From Squalus acanthias (lineage: Eukaryota): 64,000 nt of DNA. A program made the translations under genes and the position numbers. Location: the NCBI GenBank assembly GCA_030390025.1, contig CM059432.1:111974001-112038000 (forward strand), in the 5' to 3' direction. This document shows, piece by piece, positions 25,372 through 38,064 of this stretch (positions are counted from its first letter, which is position 1; every line of letters starts with the position of its first letter). The notes under the pieces were generated by a model, which ran no database searches, was not told the origin of the DNA, and was given only the letters and a program-made list of their open reading frames with translations.

Positions 25372-26562
25372 TTGGCGACTGAGCATCACTTTGCAGGTTC
25401 TTTTGGATTTGACTTTCATTGCTTCGATTGTCAAGAGACTTTGTGGGCCGCACTGATTCAGGGCGTCGTCCTGCGCCTGCAGAATCAGAGGCATCAGAGA
25501 CGCAGCGAGAGAGTGGCAATCATGGCCAGAGTCAGGAGGGCCAACAGGCTTCTGCACAGAAGACCTTACCCTCCCAGGGTATTCTGGGAACAATGCTCCT
25601 ACATTAATTTGTCTGAGGAGCAGTGTTTGTGCAGGCTGCGCTTCAGCAAGGAGGTGGTTACTGAGCTCTGCCACCTGCTGCAGCCTCAACTGAGGACCAG
25701 GACGTCTCTGTCGGTAGCAGTGAAGGTCACAGTGACTCAGAATTTTTATGCCACCGGCTCCTTTCAAGCAGCTACTGGGGACATCGCCAATATCTCCCAG
25801 TTCGTGGTCCATTGCTGTATCCGGGAGGTCACAAATGCCCTCTATAAAAGGAGACGCCAGTACATCTCTTTCCCGATGACCCGGGCCAAACAGCATGAAC
25901 ATGCTTTGGGCTTTGCGAGGATAGCAGGCTTCCCCATGGTGCAGGGCACCATTGATTGCATGCATGTGGCATTGTGGGAACCGCAGGAAAATGTAGAGGT
26001 TTTCCGAAACCGCAAGGGATTCCACTCCTTAACTGTCCAGTTGGTCTGTGACCACAGACAGCTGATACTCGCTGTCAATGCCCACTATCCTGGCAGCAGC
26101 CACGATGCTTTCATCCTGCGCCAGACTGGTGTGCCAGAGCTTTTCCAGGCAGCGCATCAGTCAAGTGGTTGGCTCCTCGGGGACAAGGGTTATCCACTCT
26201 GCACCTGGCTGATGACACTGCTCCATAACCCCAACACCCCTGCTGAGCTGCGGTACAATGAGAGCCATCTCGCCACCAGGAACATCATTGAGCAGACGAT
26301 CGCCGTGCTCAAGCAACAGTTCCGCTGTCTGGACCACTCAGGAGGAGCCCTGCAGTACTCGCCTGAGCGAGTCTCCCACTTCATAGTTGTATGCTGCATG
26401 CTGCATAACCTGGCAATCCTCAGGACCCAGCCAATGCCACCAGGACTTGGAGCACCACCGGAGGAGGAGGAGGAGGAAGAGGAGGAGGATGATCAGCAGC
26501 AGCACCAAGGCGGGAGGGAGGCCCACAATGTTGAAACTACAAGGGCTGTCCGTCACGGCTGA
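25372..26562 (+). CDS. Harbinger/PIF DDE transposase (HARBI1-like), open frame, probable 1-nt frameshift at the extreme C-terminus
   Basis: Open 396-codon frame with GTIDCMH, SHDAFIL, LLGDKGY, RNIIEQ, CCMLHNL and an acidic tail. The alternate frame ends RLISQF* at 26576. The true start may be the ATG at 25522. Confidence 0.85.
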   Translation: MATEHHFAGSFGFDFHCFDCQETLWAALIQGVVLRLQNQRHQRRSERVAIMARVRRANRLLHRRPYPPRVFWEQCSYINLSEEQCLCRLRFSKEVVTELCHLLQPQLRTRTSLSVAVKVTVTQNFYATGSFQAATGDIANISQFVVHCCIREVTNALYKRRRQYISFPMTRAKQHEHALGFARIAGFPMVQGTIDCMHVALWEPQENVEVFRNRKGFHSLTVQLVCDHRQLILAVNAHYPGSSHDAFILRQTGVPELFQAAHQSSGWLLGDKGYPLCTWLMTLLHNPNTPAELRYNESHLATRNIIEQTIAVLKQQFRCLDHSGGALQYSPERVSHFIVVCCMLHNLAILRTQPMPPGLGAPPEEEEEEEEEDDQQQHQGGREAHNVETTRAVRHG

Positions 26563-26724
26563 TAAGCCAATTCTAGGCCCCTACTCAGAAAATGGCTTCT
26601 GGCATGGAAAACAACATGATGGAAAGCAACCCGCAACCCCTATAGCCGGCCAAGGCAGCAATGATTCCAAAGGCCAAACATGTACATTTTGAAAACAACA
26701 ACTTTTTTATTTTACAAACTCTAT

Positions 26725-27529
26725 GGGCTGGATTTTCAATGACCCGTGGAGTCGGGTTTGGAGGCGTGTGGGGGGTTAAAGTTGCAGATTCAAGGGTCCC
26801 GACCCCATCCCGACTCCATTCCGCCTCCACGCAATTTTGACAAAATTGGTCGCGGTGTTCCTTACTCCGTCCTGCCTCCAAGAGGCGGGAGAGGCCATTA
26901 AAGCCCTTAACAAGCCTTAAATTGGCTCTGTAATGCCATTTTGAAACGTTTTAGCTAGTTTAACCCTTTTCCGACGTGAAGTACGCCTGATGTGAAACAC
27001 GCCAGTGAAACCTGGCGGGAGCACAAGTGGATAGCTGACTTTCAGCTGCAGGTCCACTATTACAACGGAGATGTGATGAAGGTAGTTGTCGTATTGTGAT
27101 GAAGGTAGTAGTAGTATTAGGTCTGAAAGTCGCCTCTGATGCTGTTGCATTGAATGTCTTCAGAGACTGCCTGGGAGGACTTGGTTGCAAAAAAATTCTC
27201 TCTCTCTCTCGCTCCTCTCTCTCTCTCTCTCCTCTCTCTCGCTCCTCTCTCTCTCTCTCTGAGATGCTGCTCATTTTGCATACAGGTCCTCTCACAGCAA
27301 AGGCCAGGCAATCTCTGAGACCAGGCAGTCTCTGACCTGCAATGATGACATCATCAGAGGCGACTTTCAGACTGAAACCACTAATTGGTTCATGGGTTCC
27401 CACATGCTGGAACTCAATTACCCAATTAAGTGAAAATTGCATCAATCTTCCACATCCAATTGCAGGCGGGTGGATAACACGAAATGCGGATGGCACGACC
27501 CCAACCCGCCCCGTATCAAAATCCAGCCC
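26725..27529. mobile_element. MITE with family-B TIRs inserted between the two H5 genes
   Basis: GGGCTGGATTTT / AAAATCCAGCCC; flanks TAT/TGT. Confidence 0.8.
27196..27260. repeat. (CT)n microsatellite, interrupted
   Basis: CT dinucleotide run with GCTC interruptions. Confidence 0.9.
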
Positions 27530-27629
27530 TGTGTGTGTCATTTATTCATGGCAAACTAATAGAAACAATCACAACAAATCATAAATTAACATAACTGGTT
27601 CTCACAACCTGGAGATAATGGCCAAAACA

Positions 27630-29461
27630 TTAAACAAAAGTTATCAGACGAACCTCGCCCTTTAATAAAGACATTCCCAACATTTCTGGATACCTCCTAC
27701 TTCTTGCCCTCGAGGGTGATCTCCATCCCTTGCGCACTTCCCCCCTTCCCACACTACTGCTCCTCCGTAATGGGGCCCCAGTGGCTGCAGCAAGGCTGGT
27801 GGAAGGCTGCTGATTGTCAGATCCTGAGACTGCAGATGCCCTTGAAGGACGGCCTCGACCAGCTCTGGGCCTGGAGGCCCCGGCTGTAGACTGCATCAAC
27901 TCTGCATGGGTGGCAGCAGTCTGGGCTACAGGCGGTGGTAAATGCAATGGGGAAGTGACAGTGGTGGGAGCAGGAATGCTGTCATCTGAGAGAGGACAGC
28001 ACCTTCCTGCTCGACCGACACACTGGCACTCCCACGGGGCAACACCTCAGCATGCGGAGCAATCTGCTGGAGCACAGATTGCTGGCCTGCTGCGGCGCCG
28101 TGAGAGCCCCGGGGCAATGTGGCTGAACCAGTGATGATGGCAGCAGTCAGTGCTTGCGTTGCCTCAATCTGAGTCTGTATGAGAGCAGTCTGAGATTGGA
28201 TCACAGCAGCCAGTGACTGAATTGCCACACTAAGCCATTCCGTTGTGTTGGCCTGTGCTGCAGCGGAGTGCTCCACACTCCTTGCCAGTCCATCAATGCT
28301 TTCGGGCACCCTTCCCATTGCACCCATGAGCTGAGTGTGCATGTCCACCGCCTGGGTGTTCATTTCCACGATCAGCCGCTCCTCCTCTGCGTCCAGTGCA
28401 GCAGGACTCGCTGGCATACTCTCCCTCTGGGGAGAAGGCCCCCGTTCTTCCCTACCCCCATGGCGTTGCTGCAGCCCGCTGGGTCCTGGAGCTTCACCCT
28501 CATCAGACCCTTCCCCCCCTGCTCCCCTCCAGGGAAGGCGTGGTCCCAGTGTGGGCATGGGCTTCCTCGGGAGAGGTTGGCGCTGAAGCTCCGGCTTCCT
28601 CTTCCTCCTCGCCTGTGGCGTCGCTCCCACTGGCTGCTTGAGGGCCCGTCTCCTCAGCTGGTGATTCACCATCTGAAAGCAGGGAGGTGCAAGAGTGGCT
28701 TTAGCGTCAGGACAGGGGGGCAGTAAGGGAGCAAGGACTGGAGCGATTTAGTAAGTTGCATTGAAAGTGTAAAAGGCTGGTGTTGTGAGGGACAAGTGGA
28801 ATGAGAGAGGAGAGAAAGCTGATGACCTTACCATTGCTGTCCCGAACGGGGTCGACCTCTCCAGGGGCGACGGGACCGATCATCTGGCTTGCGACGATCC
28901 TGTGGACGCGCGCCTCCAGATCGCTGAGGGGTTGCAGCTGAGGCGGCCCTCCACCCGTCCGTTGCTGCTGTCCCCTGTTGTGAGATGGCTTGGCCTGCAA
29001 GAAAAAGGACGGCGTCTGAGTAAATATACAGCCATGGTCTTGCCTGATGTGCCTCCCACAGTTGAATAGCCCTTACTGTATGCAAGGTGTGGAATGTGCG
29101 TGTGTGTTTTATGACATAGCCATAGGTGTTGGATGAGTGTTGGGCATTGGGGTTTTAACACCCTCTGGCCATAGAGTGAGGTTGAAATGGAGGGATGGAG
29201 AGGTATTGAAAAACAGCCACTCACCCTGACGACCCGAGTGAGGTCGTTTAACTTTTTGCGACATTGTGTATGGGTCCTGGGCACCATGCTCCTGGAGGAG
29301 ACATGATGAGCCACCTCCCTCCACACTCTTCTGTAGATGCGCAGCAATGGCCTCCTGCCACTCTCTGGGTACAGTATTGCTCTTCGGCGCTCCACTGCGC
29401 CAACCAGAGCCACCAAGGCCCGGTCGCTGAAGCGCTGAGCTCGTTCCCTGGGTCTCTCCAT
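27630..29461 (-). pseudogene. H5 Myb/SANT-like gene: exon 1 29461-29225, exon 2 28994-28832, exon 3 from 28672
   Basis: Exon 1 MERPRERAQRFSDRAL...WREVA...QCRKKLNDLTRVVR|GTGAGT; TTCTTGCAG|exon 2 AKPSHN...RTGGGPP...|GTAAG; TTTCAG|exon 3. Phases 0 and 1 are consistent. Frameshifts near 28515 and 27980. Confidence 0.85.
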
Positions 29462-31949
29462 AGTCCTTTGCTGCAGAATCGATGCACAGGTCTGTCCAGG
29501 CCGAGATTCAAGGCTGCAATGAGCAGGGTGTGGCTGGAGAGCAAGATCAACCCTCCCCTTTAAGAACTGGCCGGTGCCAGTGTGTCTGTGTTCCATTGCT
29601 AACTGACATCACCTGCGCTGCGCCCGCGCTCTGAGTTAGCGCCTCGCTCTTCGGCCTTTGCGCCTTAAGATAGGTGTGTAGCGCCTGATTTAGCGCTCCA
29701 ATCACCTCCAGGGGCGATAGAAGCCAAGTTTGCAGTCGGAGACGATAATTTGCGCCAGGCGCTAAACTTTGCGCCCGGCCGATAATTGCGCCGCAAACGG
29801 GGCGATCCGGAATTTCTCCCCTCGATTGCTCACGAGTACAGTCTGTGCATCATTGTAGCCTCCCTTCCCTCAAGCAGAGACAAGCAGAGATGTCTAATGG
29901 TGATAGTTGCTGGCAGCGTATAAAGACTTGGAGAAGTTAAATTGAGCACCAACAGATAAGTCACAGATTTCCAACAGCCTATGTAGGACTTTCTAATGTT
30001 GATCATTCATAATCTTTCAAAAGCGTGAAAGGCTGCCACAAACATCAGTAAATGACACAACATCAGTGATTAAATTCGATTGGAATTTACATTCAAGTTT
30101 TAAAAACATTCTAAAATGCATGTCACATACAGCAACTGGTAGCAATTTGTATGACTGTACATGATAAATCATTTTCAATTTTACTTTGATGAAATTACAC
30201 ACTACTAGGCTCTTAAAGGATCATTTATATCCATGGAATTATTGGAGAATACTGGGTATGATGCTTGTTTAGTGCAGGCCATGTCACACATAACAACAAA
30301 GTGGTAGATTAGTTATTTCACTTTTTAATAAACTTTGCTCATTACTGGCCTAGAACTCATTTGTCACTGTTGTTTGTGGGTTATCGGTCAGCTTTGCCAG
30401 TGTTATAAATATAATATTCAACACCTTACTATACAGCACTCTGCAAATACATGGCCAATTTTAAGTAACATATACATTATATTAATCATACATACTTACA
30501 TAATCTAATTGAAAAATGCACATTTTTTTCTATTCACATTTTAGATTAAAATAATTTATGCAAGGTACAAGAGTAAAAATTGACTGATGGATACCTCGGA
30601 ATAATTATAAAAGATTTAATTTAGGGGTTCAGATGATGTTCCTTGAAATCATAAGTTCAGTACTACTTTTTGTTCATTGTTTAATAATGATATATACTGT
30701 TAATTTTGTTGGTAGATTGTAGTTTGGTCTTAATTTTTACACTCGTGCTATCACCATAGATGAATTCTATGGGCCTGGGTTTTCTATCTCTATGTTCCGA
30801 TTTTCTGCCCTTTCACTGTAATGAGGGAAAAAGTCAGGGGCTGGTGAGTGTAGATGTGTAAAACACAACCCCATGTCACAGATTCTTGGCAATGTTTACA
30901 CTGGGATTTTTGATGGTAATTTCCTTACTACAGGTTTATTAAGAAAATGTCCTGTCTGCTTTTATTATAAGAAATTAACACCAAGCTAAGCTTTCTATAA
31001 GTTTAATTTCAAGTCATTAAAATATTAATAAAATGGCAAGTAACATGGTCTTACTACTAAGTAAATCAGAAAAAAATAAGATGAGAAAATAAATGCAAAT
31101 CATGATTTATTGTGCAACATTGGGAGATAAGTATCAGTTATTAAAGTAGCTTGTCTCTTTTATCATATTTTCAGTTTAAGCATTTTACCAAATACATATC
31201 ACAAAAGTAGAAAAATATAAAGAACTTAAAGTAGATATATGTATTTTACAGTTACATAATGCTTATCTGTACAGAAACACCAACAGGGGCTTAAAATGGT
31301 AAATAAAGCTAGAGAAAGAGGAAGAGAGCAGCTCATATGGTTACTCTGGTTGTCATGGTTGACATCTAGAAATTGATCCAAATTTCAAATAGTAAAGTTC
31401 ATCATTCAAAGATGGTGACCACCCACCATCAGGTCTTAAAAACCTGCCTTCTTTTACACAGTGAAGAGAAGCCTCACATGAAAGAATTTGGCTTAGTCCA
31501 GTTGAACATAAGGCGTAAACCTCTTTAACTGAGACATCTTCCAGACCATGTATATACAAACAATAGGCTGAGAGCTCCATTTGTCACCACAGAATGGGAA
31601 TACGCCAATGTATATGGCAAACAGCAAAAGGTCCAACAGTCATTCCCTGAGGGAGTCCAATAAAAGCTTCACAGTCCAAAGTACAGCAAAGTAATGGTAG
31701 GGCACATTTCTAAAGAGGTACACCACTTATTTCATCAAGTGAAAAATTGGCTCCGATATTAACCCGGAGACAAGAACGTGGTGTGTGAGGGTGCTAACGT
31801 GTGACAAAACCGGCCAGGTGTCATTTATATAAAGCTTCCAGGTTCCTCAATGAAATGCTGCATCTGTGAGCGTGCCCCCCAGACCCCCCACCCGCAGGAT
31901 GCAATTTCCCGGCCATTATTTAAAAGCTCAGTCCACCCTCGTAAGGAAG

Positions 31950-33410
31950 TCTGGGAGGCCCCCAACTTCTCCGATGCTTCCCTGGCGGTAATGTTGGGTG
32001 CAGTGAACGCCAGGAAGATGTGCTGTTCCCCACAAGTGGGAAGAAGAAACTTGTTGCCACAACCAAGAGGACCTGGATTGAAGTGGCTGAGGACGTGAGC
32101 AGCAGGAGCGTCACGCCAAAGTCCTGGATCCAGTGCGGAAAACGTTTCAATGACCTGACTAGGTCAGGAATGGTCAGCACACGTCCTTCTTTATCCATCT
32201 CTTGCAATGCACCTGCTCCTAATCTTTTCTTGTCCCTCCTACACCATTCACATCACTCTTTACCCCTGCATCACTTACCTCACCGCCAATCACAGCAGAA
32301 AAGCACCACCCCTCATCCTCACTCCTTACACACGCTCACCTGGCACTTCCTCCTTTCACTGCTGCCAATAACCCCATCCTTATCTCATCACATCTGAGCT
32401 GCTCGACTTGCACCTCTTCTCAGTGAACCTCTTCAATTCACACTGTAGTCACTTTCCACAAATGCTGTCTTACCCCTTTTGCAGGAGAAGAGTGTGCAGG
32501 ATGTCAAGAAGAGAGCCAGGTCCGGCGGGGGACTACCAGAGTTCTTGAAGGTGACTCCCGCGGAGGAGGAGGAGGCACTGGAAATGAGTGGCACTTTTGA
32601 GCATTGGTGATGGCGAGGTTGGGGGATCAGCAGATGAGGGTGCTGGATTTAAACACCCTCTCATCTCCCACAACCAACTGTACCTTCAGCCAATGTCAAC
32701 ACATCAACCAGTATGGTCAAGTGTTCATGTGCACATTTACATTTTCTAACTACCATCACTAAATACTCATCCTTTCTCCTTTCCTCCAGGGCCCTCTCAT
32801 GAAGAACATGAGCCCTGCCCACCGAGGAAGAAGATTCCTCAGAGGACCTTATCCCTCCTGAGGATGCATCATCACACACGCCATGCATTGCAGGCACCAG
32901 CACAGACACTGGCACATCGAGTGGGCGTGTTAGTCGGATAGATCAGCTGGCACCTGGTGAGTCTCACAGCACCAGTGAGCAGGAGCAGATAGTGATAGGG
33001 TCAGCTGAGGAGAATGCATACTTGTTGTACACCGTACTCTCCAAGCTCTGCTCAGCAGGACAAAGATATAGAACTACGGCGGCCCACCACGGAAAGGAGA
33101 ATACTGGAGGCACAAGAACAAAAGTGTGAGGTGTTCGCAGTCCTGCGAGCCACTCTGTCCACTATACCAGGGAGGATGGAGGAGACCACTTCCACCATCT
33201 GTGGGGTGCTTTTGCCAGGGTTCTCAACAGTGAAATGTACCCTGGAGTGTGTGCCACCTCCAGGGACAATGCAACAGGGCCCTCACAGCAGGAGTCAGTG
33301 CAACCAGCCTTTGCGGTCTTTATAGAGGTTCAAACGGCTGCGATACCGACTCTGGGCTCCAATGTCTGTTCCACCTTAGAGAAGTTGTTGGACAGAGTAA
33401 ATCGGGGCTT
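31950..33410 (+). pseudogene. H3 Myb/SANT-like gene, 5' part
   Basis: APNFSDASL...WIEVAEDVSSRS...WIQCGKRFNDLTRSG; exon 2 after TTTTGCAG at about 32485; exon 3 after TCCTCCAG at about 32790. Confidence 0.8.
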
Positions 33411-35718
33411 ATAGGAACGTAGGAACAGGAGTAGGCCATTGAGCCCTTCGAGCCTGTTCCGCCATTCAATGAGATCGTGACTGATCTGCAACCTAACTCC
33501 ATATACCCGCCTTTGCCCGTATCCCTTAATACCTTTGGTTAACAAAAAGTTATCAATCTCCAATTTAAAATTAACAATTGATCTAGCATCAATTGCCATT
33601 TGTGGAAGAGAGTTCCAAACTTCTGCTACCCTTTGTGTGTAGAAGTGTTTCCTAATTTCACTCCTGAAAGGTCTGGCTCTAATTTTTAGACTATGCCCCC
33701 TAGTCCTAGAATCCCCAACCAGCAGAATTAGTTTCTCTTTCTCTACCCTATCAGTTCCCCTTAATATCTTGAAAACTTCGATCAGATCACCCCTTAACCT
33801 TCTAAATTCTAGGGAATACAATCCTAATTTGTGTAATCTCTCCCCGTAACTAAACCCTTGGAGTCCAGGTATCATTCTAGTAAACCTACGCTGCACTCCC
33901 TCCAGGGCCAATATATCCTTCCTAAGGTGTGGTGCCCAGAACTGCTTACAGTACTCCAGGTGTGGTCTAACCAGGGTTTTGTACAGCTGCAGCATAACTT
34001 CTACCCCCTTGTACTCTAGTCCTCTAGATATAAAGGCCAGCATTCCATTAGCCTTTTTGATTATTTTCTGTACTTGTTCATGACATTTTAATGATCTCTG
34101 TACCTGGACCACTAAGTCTCTTTGGACCTCCACTGTTTCTAACTTTTCACCATTTAGAAAGCACCCTGTTCTATCCTTTTTAGGTCCAACGTGGATGACC
34201 TCACATTTGCCTACATTGAAATCCATTTGCCACAGTTTTGCCCATTCACTTAATCTGTCAATATCCCTTTATAATTTTATGCTTTCATCTACACTGCCTA
34301 CAATGCCACCTATCTTTTATCATCAGCAAATTTGGATATATGACTTTCTATGCCATCATCTAAGTCGTTAATAAATACTGTAAATAGTTGAGGCCCCAAC
34401 ACAGATCCCTGTGGTCACATCCTGCCAATTTGAGTACCTACCCATTATCCCTACTGCCTGTCTCCTGCCGCTCAGCTAATTTCCTAACCAGGTCAATAAT
34501 TTGCCCTCAACTCCGTGGACTTAGATAACAATCTCTTATATGGGACTTTATCAAATGCCTTCTGGAAGTTCATATAAATAACATCCAGAGACATTCCCCT
34601 GTCCACTACTTTAGTCACCTCTTCAAAAAGTTCAATCAGGTTTGTCAGGCATGACCTGCCTTTCACAAATCCATGCTGGCTCTCTCTGATCAACTGAATA
34701 TTTTCGAGGTGTTCAGTCACCCTATCCTTAATTATAGACTCTAGCAATTTCCCAACAACAGATGTTTGGCTAACTGGTCTATAATTCCCTGGTTTCCCTC
34801 TCTCACCATTTTTAACTAGCGGGATGACATGCGCAATTTTCCAATCTAAAGGAACGGTTCCTGAATCGACAGAACTTTGGAAGATTATAGTTAGGGCATC
34901 TGCAATGTGCTCACCTACTTCCTTTAAAATCCTGGGGTGGAAACCATCTGGTCCTAGGGATTTGTCACTCTTTAGTGCTATTATTTTCTTCATTACTGTT
35001 ATTTTATTTACGTTAATTTTATTGAGTCCACGTCCCTGATTCAATACTAGTTTCCTTGGGATTTCAGCATGCTGTCCTCTTTACTGTGAATACTGACGCA
35101 AAGTAATTATTCAACATGTCCGCCATTTCCTTATTATCATTGACAATATCACCACTTTCAGTTTTTAAGGGGCCAACATTGCCTCTTTTTCCTAATATAA
35201 TTGTAAAAATTATTTGTGTTGATTTTGATATCCCTTGCAAGTTTCTTTTCATACTCCCTTTTTGTAGCTCTTACTATCTGTTTTGTGACCCTTTGCTGTT
35301 CTTTGTATTTTTCCCATTCACCAGGATCTGTGCTATTTTTTACATTTTGTATGCTTTATCTTTTAGTTTTATGCTGTCCCTTACCTTTTTAGTCGTCCAT
35401 GGCTGGGTTTTTTTGGCAAGTAGAGCTCTTGCCCCTCAGGGATATAAACTGGTTCTGTATCACCTTAAATTCTTTTTTGAACATCTCCCACTGATTTTCT
35501 GTTGTTTTACCCATTAACAGATTTGCCCAGTTTACTGTGGACGGTCTCTGTCTCATCCCGTTGAAGTTGGCCTTACCTAAATCTAGAATCTTAGTAGCTG
35601 TTTCGCGTTTCTCCCTTTCAAACGTTACATTGAACTCAATCATGTTAACTAAATTTGGCTCATTACTCATTACTAAATCTAATGTGGCATGCCCCGTGTT
35701 GCCTCTAGGACAGGTTTC
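33411..35718 (-). mobile_element. 5'-truncated CR1 LINE inserted in the H3 Myb gene
   Basis: TLDLVMSNEP, NYRPVS, QHGFVKGRSCLTNL, LVRPHLEYC; tail TTCCTACGTTCCTAT. Confidence 0.95.
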
Positions 35719-36730
35719 CAAGGCATCACTTAGGGTTACCAACTCTGGTTTGAGGTATTCCTGGAGATTTTGATCATGTGACATTTGCCCACTGTTAGTT
35801 GAGTGTCTCATAATCACCAAACCCCAAATAAAATATTTGATTTTTTGTTTTGTACGGAAATGAATTATAATATAATTCATAAATCAAAGAAAGAACACAG
35901 AAGAATAGAAAGATTTAAGAATAAAAACTACTCTGTGATGTTTCTACAGCATTGACTGTAGTGAGAAACATTGAGTAAATACCACTGATTCAACAAAAAT
36001 ATAATCGATATTGAGGGCAATGGCGTGAAGTTGTGTGATCTGCTGATATAGAGTACTTTTCTCTAGCAGCTGTGGCCTCAATCCCGGGAGACTCCTGGAC
36101 AATCCAGAAGGGTTGGCAACCCTAATGGAAAGATCAAATTGTCAAGTTTGGTGAAAGCAGAGTTGGCAGAAAAATAAAATCGAGTCAAACACTGCCTCAC
36201 TAACATGCTAACTGAATTAATTTGGAGCAGGAATGCTTGCATTTAATAACATTTAATCCTTATGTCATATCATGTGGCACAATCATGGTTTCGAATTTAA
36301 ATCCTGTCCCACAAACTCACACTTCCCTCATTTGACTCAAATCAAAAACAAAATAAAATTTCTCCAGAAAGTTTCTTTTTTATTAAGTTTTCAAAAATTT
36401 CTCCCCAGCGTCAGTTTTTATTGGGCTAAAAATTGGATTGCACCCAAAAAAGGGCACGGGTATCGCGATACGCAATCGCTCTGCGCCCGTTGAAAGGAAT
36501 GCAGTCAGCATGCGACCTTTCTGCTGCCTGCTAATTACAATGATTGTAACGTTCAGCCCAACGCTGAACGGGCTGTTGAGTGGCTGAATGCTCAGCAGGG
36601 ATCGAAGTTCGTGTGAGGCTAGCTCCAATTAAAGCTAGCCTGCACTTCTTAAAGGCAGTCTGCACTTCTTAAAGGGGAGGTGTCTTCTGGCTGCAGCAGC
36701 TCATGCAACTGACTGAGGGTAACAGTGTAA

Positions 36731-38058
36731 ATGTCACAACAGGGGAGACAGCGTGCACCAAAGTTCTCAGATGCAGCACTGGAGGCCTTGCTGCAGGAGG
36801 TGAAGAGCAGGAGTGAGGTCCTATTTCTACAGGAGGCCAGGAGGCCCTCCAGGCAAACTCAAAAATGACAATGAGAGCAGATAGCCATAGCTGTCAATGT
36901 CAGCAGTGTTGCCCTGAGGAGCTGGCTGCAGTGCAGGAAGAAGTTTAATAACATCACTCGAATGGTCAAGGTCAGTGAATTAACCTACAAATGCCATCTC
37001 CCACCAACTGCACCACTAGCCTCACACACTACTCAATGCACCACACTCCCATCACTCACCTACCAACAATCTCTACCAAACATGACTCATACCTCACATT
37101 CATAGCTTCACCACACCCTCACACACTTACCAATGCTGCAAGAATCACACCGATATCTCACAGCTTGCAAACACTGTCAGCTATTCAACCATGACAGGCA
37201 CATCACCCAAAATCCTCCTTCTCACATCCCACTTCCCCATCATCCCACTATCTCTTCTGACTTACAAGCTGCAGATGGTGAAAGCAGTACTTTAGAGGAT
37301 AGGTTAGACACGGGATCTGCACATGGTGAGACACCGGGCATGAGTGGGCTGCAGCCAGGGCAGGGGGAAAGGGTAGCACAGGTGCCAGCTCCCCGGAGGG
37401 CGAGGTGGCACACGAGTTCTGCTGCACAGGACTCAGATGAGGACTTCAATGCAGCGGCCAAAGAAGGCTGATGGGTATGCACAATGAAATGCTTGGTATA
37501 TTGGCAGGCCTGCCAGAAAGCCTGCGTGCAATGTCAAGGAGCATGGAGGAGTCCAACACCAACTTGGCACAGGGCTTTGCGCAGAGCTTGGAGCCCATGA
37601 CTTCCACCATGGAATTGATGGGCAACTCGATTATCGCACTTGTGGACCCAACCATGCTGCAGGGCCTGATAGGCGATATCTCAGCTTCCATCTCCACATC
37701 ATGACCTCCATTGTAGCAGATGCGGAAGCCACCCACATCTGAGTGCTGCAGTGGAAGTTCAGACTTCTGTCATGCAAGCTCAGGCTGCTCTCATGCAGGC
37801 TCAACTTGCTACCATGCAAGCTCAGACTTTTGACATTATGGCTACATTTACCAGTGCAGAAAGGGGCTTGCAGGGTATCACAGAAGTCCAGCAATCTGTC
37901 CTCCAACAGATTACTAGGACGGCTGAGGCGCCGCCCCGGGGGAGTGGCAGTGGCTCCGTGGAGCACGAACCTGCTTTCCTCTCTCAGGATGACACCATTC
38001 GTGCTCCCACCACTGCCACTCTACCATTGCCCTTGCCTATCAGCCAGCCAGACCAGAC
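36731..38058 (+). pseudogene. H4 Myb/SANT-like gene (exon 2 deleted, cut by Gypsy)
   Basis: MSQQGRQRAPKFSDAALEALLQEV...[42 protein letters not shown]; last codons (GD*) at 49848-49857. Confidence 0.8.
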
Positions 38059-38064
38059 AGATAT

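Larger units (their letters stand above)
24953..29822. mobile_element. Nearly intact two-gene Harbinger H5
   Basis: TIRs GGGAAAAATTCGG / CCGGAATTTCTCCCC; flanks TGA/CGA (possibly a CpG-decayed TSD); CpG-rich subterminal GCGCC repeats; convergent transposase and Myb genes. Confidence 0.85.

Noticed and set aside
25372..26562. Domesticated host gene HARBI1
   Set aside because: It lies between TIRs with a convergent Myb partner and has several degraded relatives in the window, so it is a transposon gene.
31353..31710. Minus-strand host exon or ORF
   Set aside because: No recognisable protein and weak splice context; cannot be supported without a search.
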